A program made the position numbers and the translations under genes. Below the pieces are notes generated by a model, which saw only the letters and a list, made by a program, of their open reading frames with translations, searched no databases and was not told the DNA's origin. From contig CAZQLQ010000005.1 in NCBI GenBank assembly GCA_964594415.1, forward strand, positions 96 to 64,095: a stretch of DNA of 64,000 nt. The letters are read 5' to 3'. The stretch is from an uncultured Candidatus Saccharibacteria bacterium (GTDB lineage: Bacteria > Patescibacteriota > CPR2 > UBA1875 > CAIMLA01). Positions 7,958 through 17,861 of the stretch are shown here, piece by piece. Numbering within the stretch: the first letter of the stretch is position 1; each line of letters begins with the position of its first letter.

Positions 7958-9223
7958 TTAATTACGCGATATTTTATCTTTTCCTATGTATTCTTGCAAT
8001 ACTTTGGGAATGGTTATCTCTCCGTTCTTGGTTTGGTTATTCTCCATAATCGCTATAAGCGCTCTGGTGATCGCAATCGCTGTGCCATTTAGCATACTTA
8101 CAAACTTCTTCTTTCCGTCATCGTCTTTATACTTGATATTTAAGCCCCTTGCCTGATAATCGGTGCAGTTTGAGGTAGAGGTAATTTCTGCCCAATCTCC
8201 CATCCCGTTATTCTTGTTTGGTTTTCCTGGCATCCAGGCTTCTAGGTCGTATGTTCGGATTGCTGGAGTTCCTAGATCGGCTGTACAGTGATCAATTATT
8301 CGATATGGGATTTCAAGTCCGTTGAATATCTCTTTTTCAATTTCAAGAAGCTCTTTATGTGCGCTCTCGGCATTTTCTGGTAATACGTATTGAAACATCT
8401 CAATTTTAGTAAACTGATGAACCCTGAAAATTCCCTTAGAAAATTTTGAATATGATCCTGCTTCTGTCCTAAAACAATGGGAAACAGCAACGTATTTTTT
8501 GGGAAGCTCAGTTTTTTCAAAAACCTCATTCATATGATAGCCTCCCATTGTAATCTCTGCCGTTCCGATAAGCGATAAGTCAGTATTCTCAATATTATAA
8601 ACTTGCGTTGATTCTCCTCTTGGGTTAAATCCAAGTCCTTCCAAAACCTCTCTTTTTGCTATATCTGGAGTTGAAAATGGTATAAATCCATGCCTAGTGA
8701 CTACTTTTAGAGCGTATTGGATCAAGGCAAACTCCAAAAGAGCCAACTCATTTTTCAAATAATAAAATTTTGCACCAGTCACCTTCGTAGCTCTTTCAAA
8801 GTCAACCAAATCAAGTTTTTCTGAAAGGGCTACATGATCAAGGGGTGCGAAATCAAAATCAGTCGGCTCCTTTACGATCTCCAGTATTGGATTGTCGTCT
8901 TCATTCTCGCTAATAAACACTTCGCTGTGTGTTTTGTTCGGTATTTGAAACAGAATTTCTTTGTACTCAGTCTCTATTTTTTCAAGCTCTTTTGAAAGTT
9001 CGTCCTCCCTCTCTTTATCGAAAGTGAGTTTTTTCAATTCTTCGTCTGTCGGCTTATTTTTTAACAGGTTCTTTTTGGCTCTAATTTCATCTATTTGAAG
9101 AATTAGTTCGGAACGTTTATTGTCTAGTTCGAAAAATCTATCAAGGTCTGCTTTACTGCCGCGATTTTTTATATTATTCCTAACTTCGTCTGGATTTTCT
9201 CTTATATAGTTTATATCTAACAT
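7958..9223 (-). CDS. serS: Serine--tRNA ligase
   Basis: MLDINYIRENP, LIGTAE, FRTEAG, RVHQFTKIE, SNCTDYQAR. Confidence 0.98.
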   Translation of the reverse strand: MLDINYIRENPDEVRNNIKNRGSKADLDRFFELDNKRSELILQIDEIRAKKNLLKNKPTDEELKKLTFDKEREDELSKELEKIETEYKEILFQIPNKTHSEVFISENEDDNPILEIVKEPTDFDFAPLDHVALSEKLDLVDFERATKVTGAKFYYLKNELALLEFALIQYALKVVTRHGFIPFSTPDIAKREVLEGLGFNPRGESTQVYNIENTDLSLIGTAEITMGGYHMNEVFEKTELPKKYVAVSHCFRTEAGSYSKFSKGIFRVHQFTKIEMFQYVLPENAESAHKELLEIEKEIFNGLEIPYRIIDHCTADLGTPAIRTYDLEAWMPGKPNKNNGMGDWAEITSTSNCTDYQARGLNIKYKDDDGKKKFVSMLNGTAIAITRALIAIMENNQTKNGEITIPKVLQEYIGKDKISRN

Positions 9224-9243
9224 TTTAGCTCCTTTCTGTAGGC

Positions 9244-10824
9244 TTATTCGGTCGCTTTTTTCAATATATCTACAACCAAGGTATTATCGAGTGATGCGAG
9301 TAGCCATCCGGCCTGAGGGCCACTCTCTTTCCCTAAAAATAATTTGTAAATACCACTAAAGGCTTCTTTTGGTTCTATTTGGATCTCATTTTTAATCTCA
9401 TGAATTTTGCTATGCAGTTCATCTCCGGACCAATTTTGTTGCGAAGAGAACACCTCCAGTAATTTCCTCAAGAACTCGATTTGCCGGTCTGAAAGTTCAT
9501 TGATGTATTGTTTTAGTGAACTGTTTTCTGGACTATCAATTATCTTAAAAATAAAACTTTCAGGGGCAAATTTTTCAAGCCAGAGCTCTGCATATTTAAT
9601 ACGCTCTTCAAGTTTTTCCTTTTCATAGTCAGTTAGTTCTGATCCTTTTTCTTTTACGGCTTCTTCGTGAATATCCAGTCTAGGCATTTGTATAGTAAGA
9701 GCTACTTTGGAAAATCTCATTCTATATCCTGGATTGAAGTTTTCTTCTTGTACTATTTCATAGGCACGAGCAAGATCTGGAAAGTCGATCTTTTTTTCAT
9801 AAGCACTCATTGCTCGGTCGTAGTCATCGTATAGGTTGGGAACCGTATTTCCGTTTGGATCAAAATCAATAGTTTTCTTTGGGTTCTTTGCCATTAAGTA
9901 TCTAAGCAGCTCTTTTGGAAGAAGCTCTGCCATCTCTCTGGCGGTAACCCCTATTCCTTTGGACGAGCTCATTTTCTTCCCGCCAATATATAACCAGTCA
10001 TACCTGATATCGATAGGCGGTTCACTATTGAAAATCTGCCTAACCAAGATATCTGCCAAATCTCTTGAGCCACCTGCTGACCAGTGGTCCTTGCCTTCCC
10101 CCTCAACGGTTATTCCAAGATGCCACCAACGCGCTGGCCATTCTACTCTCCAATAGAGCTTACCGTTACCGTTGTAGGGGCTCATTTTCCCTGTATGTCC
10201 GCACCCGTCAGCCCATTCTACTTTTGATTTTTCGCAAACATATTCTACTTTTTCTCCATCCCAGTTTGAAACGGTGGTAGTGCCGATTTTCCCGCATTTT
10301 TCGCAAATTGGCTGGAAAGGATACCAGTTTTCGCCTTTTTCGGTGCCACTATATTTTTTGTACAGTTCGGCAATTTCGGTCGAATTGTCTAAAGCAATTT
10401 TTATGGCCTCGTTATATTTGCCTTCTTTATAAAGCCTTGAGTTCCATATAAATTCAGGATTGGTGCCGGCAATCCTTACTGTTTCAATAAAATTATTCCC
10501 AAAGTACTCTGCCAGTGATTTGTCCTTATCTACAGGAGAAGGGATGTTGCAGAGGGGCTTCCCCATCTCTTTATTATAGACTGTTGAGTCTAGATAAGAA
10601 GGCAACCCGTCCATAGGATCTATATCATCCATGATAAAAGTAAATCTAGACTTTAGGCCATCCTTTAGAAGAACCTTGTTTGCGATGTCATGGATAATAA
10701 TTCCCCTTAGGCTTCCGACGTGGGCAAATCCTGAAGTGCTCCAGGCATCATCAACTAGCTGTTGCTTTTTTTTATCTAATTTTTTTGCAATTTCATCTGC
10801 CCAAAACATAATATCTGTACCCAT
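9244..10824 (-). CDS. lysS: Lysine--tRNA ligase, class I
   Basis: SGFAHVGS (HIGH-like), KL.WRVEWPARW, EGEGKDH, KMSSSKG. Confidence 0.95.
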   Translation of the reverse strand: MGTDIMFWADEIAKKLDKKKQQLVDDAWSTSGFAHVGSLRGIIIHDIANKVLLKDGLKSRFTFIMDDIDPMDGLPSYLDSTVYNKEMGKPLCNIPSPVDKDKSLAEYFGNNFIETVRIAGTNPEFIWNSRLYKEGKYNEAIKIALDNSTEIAELYKKYSGTEKGENWYPFQPICEKCGKIGTTTVSNWDGEKVEYVCEKSKVEWADGCGHTGKMSPYNGNGKLYWRVEWPARWWHLGITVEGEGKDHWSAGGSRDLADILVRQIFNSEPPIDIRYDWLYIGGKKMSSSKGIGVTAREMAELLPKELLRYLMAKNPKKTIDFDPNGNTVPNLYDDYDRAMSAYEKKIDFPDLARAYEIVQEENFNPGYRMRFSKVALTIQMPRLDIHEEAVKEKGSELTDYEKEKLEERIKYAELWLEKFAPESFIFKIIDSPENSSLKQYINELSDRQIEFLRKLLEVFSSQQNWSGDELHSKIHEIKNEIQIEPKEAFSGIYKLFLGKESGPQAGWLLASLDNTLVVDILKKATE

Positions 10825-10869
10825 TATTTATCTTTGTATTTTAACCTAAAATCAATAAAAAATCTACTT

Positions 10870-10894
10870 AAAAACCCCTCGATATGAGGGGTTT
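10870..10894 (-). terminator. Intrinsic terminator downstream of greA
   Basis: AAACCCCTC-ATATC-GAGGGGTTTTT on the minus strand. Confidence 0.75.
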
Positions 10895-10911
10895 GGTGTT
10901 TAGAAATATTA

Positions 10912-11379
10912 TTATGCTATTTTTTTGATGACATATCTCATCTTACCGGCAGGAACTTCTATCTCTATTTCTTCGCCCTTACCACGACCAAGAAGTGCTT
11001 TTCCGATTGGCGATTCATTCGAAATCCATCCTTTTTCCGGGTCTGCTTCGGCTGAACCGACAATTTTAAATTGCATTTCGCTACTCTCAAGTTCTACGTG
11101 TACTGTACAACCGATTTGTACTTTTTCGCAATTTGTATGATTTTCCTCGATGATCACGGTGTTCTTTAGAATATGTTCTAGCTCGGCTATTCGGCCTTCA
11201 GTAAATGCCTGTTGATCCTTGGCGTCTGCATATTCTGAGTTTTCGCTCAAGTCACCATATTCTTTGGCTTGCTTAATCATATTTGCTATATTTTTTCTAC
11301 CACTGGTAGTTAACTCTTCATATTCTTTTTGAAGTTTTTCATACCCTTCTTTCGTAAGATATACTGATTTTGTTTCCAT
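10912..11379 (-). CDS. greA: Transcription elongation factor GreA
   Basis: GDLSENSEY, ISNESPIGKALLG. Confidence 0.98.
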   Translation of the reverse strand: METKSVYLTKEGYEKLQKEYEELTTSGRKNIANMIKQAKEYGDLSENSEYADAKDQQAFTEGRIAELEHILKNTVIIEENHTNCEKVQIGCTVHVELESSEMQFKIVGSAEADPEKGWISNESPIGKALLGRGKGEEIEIEVPAGKMRYVIKKIA

Positions 11380-11403
11380 TTCTTTCTCCCTTCTTTGTAG
11401 AGT

Positions 11404-11429
11404 AAAAAATAATAGGAGTAAACCCCTAT
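11404..11429 (-). terminator. Terminator-like hairpin in the greA leader
   Basis: AUAGGGG-UUUA-CUCCUAU followed by UAUUUUUU, between promoter and RBS. Confidence 0.55.
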
Positions 11430-11451
11430 AAGTCTTTTTGTGTGCTATAAA

Positions 11452-11480
11452 ATTTTATTAATTTTATAAAATTAAGTCAA
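11452..11480 (-). promoter_or_regulatory. greA promoter
   Basis: TTGACT, 17-nt spacer, TAAAAT. Confidence 0.7.
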
Positions 11481-11486
11481 TATTTT

Positions 11487-12893
11487 TTATGCGAATTTTT
11501 GTTTCAAGAACGAGGAGATGTCTTCAATTTTTATCCTCTCTTGATTCATGGAATCGCGTTCTCTGATTGTTACCGTGTTATCTTCTATGGTATCAAAATC
11601 TACCGTAATGCAATAAGGGGTACCAATTTCGTCTTGTCTTCGGTATCTCTTCCCGATATTTCCATTATCGTCAAATTCGCACATAAAATCAGATTGCAAT
11701 GAATTATAAAGGTTTTTTGCTTTTTCTACAAGAGTTTCTTTGTTCTTAAGAAGCGGAAATACGGCAACCTTAACGGGAGCAAGCTTGTGTGGGAACTTAA
11801 GGACTGTTCTTACTTCTCCATCTACATTTTCTTCGGTATAAGCGTTATCAAGCACCATGAGTGTTATTCTATTTAATCCTGCCGAAGTCTCCATGATATG
11901 AGGTATGAACTTGTCATTTGTGTAAGGATCGATATAGCTAAGATCAACACCTGAAAATTTTGAGTGTTGTGACAAATCCCAGTCTCCCCTTGCATGTATT
12001 CCCTCAACTTCTCTAAACCCGCCCAACGACTTAAAGTTATATTCTATGTCGTATGCCTCGGAAGCATAATGAGCTAGTTTAGTATGCTTGTACCATCTAA
12101 TATTTTCTTCTTCGATGCCAAGATCTAGATACCATTGCCATCTAACTTGCTTCCATTCTTCATATTTTTTCTTCATCATGTCCTTGTGAAGAAAATATTG
12201 CATTTCCATTTGTTCGAATTCTCTGGTTCTAAAGATAAATTGACGTGCTACAATCTCATTTCTAAAAGCTTTCCCGACCTGAGCAATGCCAAAAGGCAAC
12301 TTGGGATGTAAGGAGTCAATTACATTTTTATATTCAAGATAAATACCTCCGCAGGTTTCTGGTCGTAAATACACTACGTTTTCTTCCGAAAGTTTCTCTG
12401 TAGGCGATCCCAGGTTTGATTTAACCATTAAAGAAAATATTTTTGCTTTAGTCAGGTCCGTTGAGCCGCAACTACTGCATTTAAGTTTTTTTTCGGTGCG
12501 GAGCCTGTCCAGCTCTTTATTAATAAATTCAATAGTGGCCTTGTCTGCATCAATGCCTAAACTTTCTAAAAGATGATCCGCTCTCATTCGGTTGTTGCAT
12601 TTTTTACAATCTACTTGAGGGTCATTGAAGCCGCTTACGTGACCGGAGGCTTCCCAAGTTTTCGGGTGCATAAAAATTGCGCTATCTAGTCCATAAACGT
12701 CGTCTCTTAGTTGGACCATGCTTTTCCACCAATTGTCTCGAATGTTATTTTTCAACAATGTACCATAGTGTCCATAGTCGTATATAGCTGCGAAACCGCC
12801 ATAAATTTCAGACGAGGCGTATATAAACCCTCTTCGTTTTGCTAAAGAGGCAATTTTTTCCATAGTTACTTGATTGTTTATATGCTTACTCAT
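11487..12893 (-). CDS. glyQS: Glycine--tRNA ligase (alpha2 type)
   Basis: KRRGF..SSEIYGG, YLRPET, FRNEI, FRTREFEQME, IGKRYRRQDEIGTP. Confidence 0.97.
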   Translation of the reverse strand: MSKHINNQVTMEKIASLAKRRGFIYASSEIYGGFAAIYDYGHYGTLLKNNIRDNWWKSMVQLRDDVYGLDSAIFMHPKTWEASGHVSGFNDPQVDCKKCNNRMRADHLLESLGIDADKATIEFINKELDRLRTEKKLKCSSCGSTDLTKAKIFSLMVKSNLGSPTEKLSEENVVYLRPETCGGIYLEYKNVIDSLHPKLPFGIAQVGKAFRNEIVARQFIFRTREFEQMEMQYFLHKDMMKKKYEEWKQVRWQWYLDLGIEEENIRWYKHTKLAHYASEAYDIEYNFKSLGGFREVEGIHARGDWDLSQHSKFSGVDLSYIDPYTNDKFIPHIMETSAGLNRITLMVLDNAYTEENVDGEVRTVLKFPHKLAPVKVAVFPLLKNKETLVEKAKNLYNSLQSDFMCEFDDNGNIGKRYRRQDEIGTPYCITVDFDTIEDNTVTIRERDSMNQERIKIEDISSFLKQKFA

Positions 12894-12895
12894 AA

Positions 12896-13222
12896 TTAAC
12901 TCCTAAATCGTTTTTTATCTAAGAGGCTCATGCCTTCGTCTTCGTCAATTTTGCCGAGCTCAATTAAGTAGTGAATATCGATTACGTATTCATCATAAAG
13001 CTTGTTAAACAAGCTTTCGTTTTCTTGTGACAGGATAAAAAAAGTTTTTTCGGTATCTTCGATCCAAGAAGATATCTCGTCTGTGCTCATTAACTCACCT
13101 TCTGTATGGAGATCGTCTTCGATCAGACAATCAGGGATCTCCTCATTCTTGATGAGATAATCTGCTTTTGTCCACGCTAGCATTGAAAGCTGTTTTTCAG
13201 TTTTTGATATTTCTTCTGTCAT
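12896..13222 (-). CDS. Hypothetical acidic protein
   Basis: ORF between recO and glyQS; ATG 13222 preferred because a promoter overlaps the upstream GTG. Confidence 0.7.
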   Translation of the reverse strand: MTEEISKTEKQLSMLAWTKADYLIKNEEIPDCLIEDDLHTEGELMSTDEISSWIEDTEKTFFILSQENESLFNKLYDEYVIDIHYLIELGKIDEDEGMSLLDKKRFRS

Positions 13223-13233
13223 ACAATGCACAT

Positions 13234-13262
13234 ATGATATATTTTTTTGCTTTAAAGGTCAA
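13234..13262 (-). promoter_or_regulatory. Promoter for the hypothetical gene and glyQS
   Basis: TTGACC, 17-nt spacer, TATCAT. Confidence 0.6.
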
Positions 13263-13267
13263 TAAAA

Positions 13268-14002
13268 TTAAGCCTCATTTAGCTTTAAGGATTTGAGTTT
13301 TAGGTCTGAAACTGCAAAGAAATAATCATTTGCAATCTCAGCCGCTTCCTCGAGAATTTCGGTTGGGATTCTAATACGGAAAAGCTTCTCTATCGATTCT
13401 TCGGAGATAAACTTCCAAAACTTCAAGAAATCCTTGTTTACGGGCCTCTTATCGTAAAAATAATCACCGCATTGTAGGTCTAGTGCGCCACATGCAAGGT
13501 TGCTGAAGAAGTTCACATTGTCTAATTCCGCATTACATTTTACACATCTTCTTATATGTGGAAATTGTCCTGAAATTCTCAAATATTGGCTGACAAAGTA
13601 GAGCTTTATAAGTTCATCCTCTCCTCTTATTTTGTAGTTTGACAAACAAGTCTCATAAAGATCGTACAGCTCCGGAGCAGGGTGGTTTTCGGGTAGGGTT
13701 TTCTCTATGACTTCTGTCATGAAGTAAAGATTTTTTAAATTTCCCAAATTTGTACTGTGTCCAAGATAATTTTCTATTAGGCTTACTTCTGTGGCTATCT
13801 TGAAAGTTTTCCCTCTATGCAGGATAAACTGTGACTTGTTCATCATTTCGATATGGCCGCAAAACTTGCTTTTCATTTTTCTTGCGCCTTTGGCGATAAC
13901 TTTTATTTTTCCTTCGTTTTTTGTAAATAAAGTAATAATCTTGTCGGATTCGCCAAAATTTACTCTTTTTAATATTATTCCACTTACCTTTTTACTATTC
14001 AT
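13268..14002 (-). CDS. recO: DNA repair protein RecO
   Basis: GIILK..FGESDKIITLFT..GKI.VIAKGARK.KS; CVKC zinc site. Confidence 0.95.
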   Translation of the reverse strand: MNSKKVSGIILKRVNFGESDKIITLFTKNEGKIKVIAKGARKMKSKFCGHIEMMNKSQFILHRGKTFKIATEVSLIENYLGHSTNLGNLKNLYFMTEVIEKTLPENHPAPELYDLYETCLSNYKIRGEDELIKLYFVSQYLRISGQFPHIRRCVKCNAELDNVNFFSNLACGALDLQCGDYFYDKRPVNKDFLKFWKFISEESIEKLFRIRIPTEILEEAAEIANDYFFAVSDLKLKSLKLNEA

Positions 14003-14005
14003 AAG

Positions 14006-16069
14006 CTAAAACTGTTTCAGATAATTCAAGTCAATCTTGGCTGTCGGGACAGTTCCTTTCTTAAAATATTCTAATATATTTGGCTTTGATTTATAAGCAG
14101 AAAGAGTGCCGGTATACGGGCTAACCCAAGCTTCTTCAACATCGGATGGTTTCGCAAAGACTTCGTTTTCTGTATTCTTGAGACATTCTGTAATAACACC
14201 ATGCCAGATATATGCTGCTCCTTCGACTCCGCTAACTCTTTTCATGGGCGTATGGTCGTTGTTCCCCATCCAAACACCAACAACTAGACTTGGTGAATAA
14301 CCAATAGTCCAAGAGTCGGCATAATTGTCTGTAGTCCCGGTTTTTACCGCTGTAGTTTTCTCGGTTTTGAGCGGACTATTTAAGCCAAAAGTGGTAGAGC
14401 GAGCGTTATTGTCAGAAAGAATACTCGAGAGGATATATGCAGTTTCTGCAGATATGATCTGCTGTTTTTTGCGCTTCGGAGTGCTTATTTCGGCTCCCTC
14501 CTTATCTAACAGTTTCGTAATACTGGTTTGTGGCATCCTTTTGCCGGAATCCGCGAAGGTTGAATAGGCCTCAACCATGTCGACTAGCCTTACTTCTGCT
14601 GACCCTAATGCTATTGACAGGCCATATTCTTCAGCTTCATTATTTATACTCGTAATTCCTAAATTATGTGCGTAGTCTATTATCTTATCGGTCCCGACTA
14701 GTTTAGCCATCTCAACTGCAGGAATATTGAGTGATCTCGCAAGGGCGTTTCTAACGGTTACATACCCGCTATAGCCCCCACTATAGTTTTGTGGCGCATA
14801 GGCTGGAATTCCCCCGAAATTTACGTATTTGTCAATAAGTACGGTTGCAGCTGTGTATCCATTGTCTATTGCTGTTGCATAAACTATTGGCTTAAAAGAT
14901 GAGCCTGGCTGTCTTTCTGAGGTGGCAACATTTACTTTGCTTTCTTCCCAGTCTGCTCCCCCAACCATAGCAATTATTTCATTTGTTTCTGGATTAGCGA
15001 TTACTACGGCGCTGTTTGAAGCCCCTCTATACGAAAGTTTTTGCAACCAGAATTTTACTTGATCTTCCGCTATTTGTTGTTTTTCAGGGTCAAGTGAAGT
15101 GTAAACCTTTATCCCCGAGTCATTAAGATCTTTTACGGAAAGTTTTCTAGATAACTCGTCTTTCACGTATTGGTTGAAAAAAGGATACTTGTTAAGCACA
15201 AGATTTTGACTGTGGTTAAGGTATAATGTTGCGTTTGCGGATTCTTTCGCTTTGTTAAGAGAAATAAAGCCGTTTGAATACATTCTCTGAAGGACGTATT
15301 CTTGGCGTTTTTTTGAATTAACATAGGTTTCGCCAAAAGGCGAATAATATGTTGGGGATGCAGGAATACCCGCTAGCATACTAGCTTCTGCTAGAGTTAA
15401 CTCGCTTGTTTTTTTATTAAAGTAAATATTTGCTGCATTTTCTATTCCTAACGCTTGTTCCCCATAATATATTTCATTTAAGTAAAGCTCGAGAATCTCG
15501 TCTTTTGAATATTTAGACTCGATCTTATAGGAAAAGATAACCTCCTTAAGCTTTCTCTTGAAGGTTTTCTCGTCAGTAAGATAGATATTTTTTACCAGCT
15601 GTTGAGTAATAGTGCTTCCGCCTTGGATATAGGATTCTTCAGATAACAATCTCTTTATCTTCGATTTTGTATCACTATCGTCGCTACCCCAGTTGACATA
15701 TAGTGCTCTTGCAAGACTTTTAAAGTCTACCGCTCCATGGTTGTAAAAATCAGTATCTTCCGCAGCTAGAGTTGCCTGAATAACGGTTTGTGGAACATTA
15801 GTAAGTTCAATTCTCTTAGGTTCAGCGGCTCCATATCCTCTAAATATTTCGGCACCATCTTTATCATAGAAAACCAGTTGGGTCGAGTTGCTTCTAGGCT
15901 TAACTGACTCGAACTCTCTTGAATAGTTCAAATATATACCTGCCAAGCAAAAAACCGCAGTTAATATAATACCTGTTATAAACAAAAATAAACCACCGAA
16001 GATTATTCTTAAGCTCTTTTTTGCCCCCGATATAAATTTTTTGTATTTAAAATTCTCTTCTTTTTGCAT
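14006..16069 (-). CDS. Class A penicillin-binding protein (PBP1A family)
   Basis: GT51 motifs AAEDTDFYNH, GGSTITQQLVKN; transpeptidase SSFK, SLN, KTG. Confidence 0.95.
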   Translation of the reverse strand: MQKEENFKYKKFISGAKKSLRIIFGGLFLFITGIILTAVFCLAGIYLNYSREFESVKPRSNSTQLVFYDKDGAEIFRGYGAAEPKRIELTNVPQTVIQATLAAEDTDFYNHGAVDFKSLARALYVNWGSDDSDTKSKIKRLLSEESYIQGGSTITQQLVKNIYLTDEKTFKRKLKEVIFSYKIESKYSKDEILELYLNEIYYGEQALGIENAANIYFNKKTSELTLAEASMLAGIPASPTYYSPFGETYVNSKKRQEYVLQRMYSNGFISLNKAKESANATLYLNHSQNLVLNKYPFFNQYVKDELSRKLSVKDLNDSGIKVYTSLDPEKQQIAEDQVKFWLQKLSYRGASNSAVVIANPETNEIIAMVGGADWEESKVNVATSERQPGSSFKPIVYATAIDNGYTAATVLIDKYVNFGGIPAYAPQNYSGGYSGYVTVRNALARSLNIPAVEMAKLVGTDKIIDYAHNLGITSINNEAEEYGLSIALGSAEVRLVDMVEAYSTFADSGKRMPQTSITKLLDKEGAEISTPKRKKQQIISAETAYILSSILSDNNARSTTFGLNSPLKTEKTTAVKTGTTDNYADSWTIGYSPSLVVGVWMGNNDHTPMKRVSGVEGAAYIWHGVITECLKNTENEVFAKPSDVEEAWVSPYTGTLSAYKSKPNILEYFKKGTVPTAKIDLNYLKQF

Positions 16070-16127
16070 TACAAGTAAATATTGTTAACTTATTAACAAC
16101 CTTAATAGCATAAGCTATCCATTTTAA

Positions 16128-17861
16128 TTAAATCTTTTTTCTAATATTTAATTTATTCAGGTAGAACAGGTACGTACTTGCAGAGAAGGCCTGAATGCCA
16201 CAACCCCACGAATCTAGCTTATTAGCCAAGCTTACTTCACCAGGCCTGCCAATGAAATTATGCCAAAGAATTTCTTCTGTTGAGGCGAAAATAAGCTCAT
16301 CGATAAAATATTTGTATTTTTTGGAATCGATATCGTTTAGCACTATAGCGGTAATATTATTTATAAAGAACCAGCTATCGCCGTTATGGTACGCATCGTT
16401 TGATAGCGACTTTTTAAATTCCGGACTTTTGATACTTATTGTTGAAAGTCCTCCCCACTTAAGCCATAAAAATGGCAGATGGCTATCTATCGTAATTTCC
16501 CATTCGCTTTTAGTTTGTAGCTCTGGTGCGAAAAAAGCCGCAAGCAAAATATTTGGTCTAGCCTCATTTTCGCCAAGCCGATCTACTTTTAAATTTCTCG
16601 AAAGCAGGTAGTGTTCTCTTATGTTCCTAATAAGATCTTCCCTTTTTGTTTTATATTTTTTGTCAAGAGTAAGCTTGTATGCTAGTTGCAAAATATTTGT
16701 ATAGTGCGCTTGAGTTTCAACCAAAAAACCTTCTCTTGCAATACTGTCCATCCATGATTCGTTCGGCGCGGAATAAATAAAGCCTAGTTCATTCTCAGTC
16801 TTTTCTAGCTCTGAAATAGCCGCTAATAACTTATTTTTTAGTTTTTCATTTTCATCTTTTGAGAGCTTTATACTTGTAATCAAAATTGCCCAGCACAATA
16901 TTCCTAGTGAGTCAGAAGTTAATTCTTTGTGACCTATCACTACAGGTATCTTTCCTGCTGGCCAATCTGCCTCTATATATTTTTTGATAATTTTTCTTAT
17001 AACAGGTTTTTCCAATACTGGTATTGATAAAAGTTCATCTCTACTCCAATGATCCGTAAACCAAGGAAGACCTGCCAAAACTCCGTTCTCCGTCGTAAGG
17101 TCTTGCATAGATTTTCTGCAAGCTACTCCGCCTGCCTTGTAAAGAGTTTCCAAGTCTGGATTGTTGTTCACCTTTGTTTTTTTATTAAAAATAAAAATTC
17201 TAGGTTTAACAATGTTCTCAAGGTTTTTCAAGGCTTCTTTTTCTGTTTCGCCGTAAGCAAATAAAATATTTTTTGCATTTACGTCGCCAAGATTGAATTC
17301 GTATAAAGTAGAGGGAGTCTGTCCTCTTTTTTCGTCTCTAGGATAATAGCATTGTTCCCATGTTTGTTTCTTTACTAATTTACCGCTAGTATGTATAGCA
17401 ACGAAAATTCCTGAGGTAATCTCGTTGTCAGTGTATTTTATTACAAGACCGTTATTGATTTCTGCTATAATTTCGTAGTTTCTTCCAAATTCGGGTGAAG
17501 AAAAAATCTTTCTGATATCAAGAAATATGCTTACGTTTTGTTTGGATGAGAGCTCGTAAGAAAAAGAAGGTTTATTTTCCGAGAGAGTAAACTTTTCTGA
17601 AAAATCACCGTATACTCTTACCACCTCTGAATTAACAGAGTCTATAATTTGTTCTTCTGGCTCGGGGTTATTAATTTTTATCTTAGCTAAAATCTTAATA
17701 TAACCCTGAGATGTTTTTACGAAAAAACCGTCATAACGACTTTGCGGCTTTTCGTAAAATATCATAAAATCTTTTCGTTTGTTTATCAGGCAGAATGCTT
17801 TGTCGTCCTTTTTTGAAACTTTTGCGATTGCCGGTGAAACGTGTTTATGAATTATTTTCAT
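16128..17861 (-). CDS. Amylo-alpha-1,6-glucosidase (glycogen debranching enzyme-like)
   Basis: AGLPWF..WSRD, SWMD, RPN, YHNGDSW, QAFS. Confidence 0.85.
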   Translation of the reverse strand: MKIIHKHVSPAIAKVSKKDDKAFCLINKRKDFMIFYEKPQSRYDGFFVKTSQGYIKILAKIKINNPEPEEQIIDSVNSEVVRVYGDFSEKFTLSENKPSFSYELSSKQNVSIFLDIRKIFSSPEFGRNYEIIAEINNGLVIKYTDNEITSGIFVAIHTSGKLVKKQTWEQCYYPRDEKRGQTPSTLYEFNLGDVNAKNILFAYGETEKEALKNLENIVKPRIFIFNKKTKVNNNPDLETLYKAGGVACRKSMQDLTTENGVLAGLPWFTDHWSRDELLSIPVLEKPVIRKIIKKYIEADWPAGKIPVVIGHKELTSDSLGILCWAILITSIKLSKDENEKLKNKLLAAISELEKTENELGFIYSAPNESWMDSIAREGFLVETQAHYTNILQLAYKLTLDKKYKTKREDLIRNIREHYLLSRNLKVDRLGENEARPNILLAAFFAPELQTKSEWEITIDSHLPFLWLKWGGLSTISIKSPEFKKSLSNDAYHNGDSWFFINNITAIVLNDIDSKKYKYFIDELIFASTEEILWHNFIGRPGEVSLANKLDSWGCGIQAFSASTYLFYLNKLNIRKKI

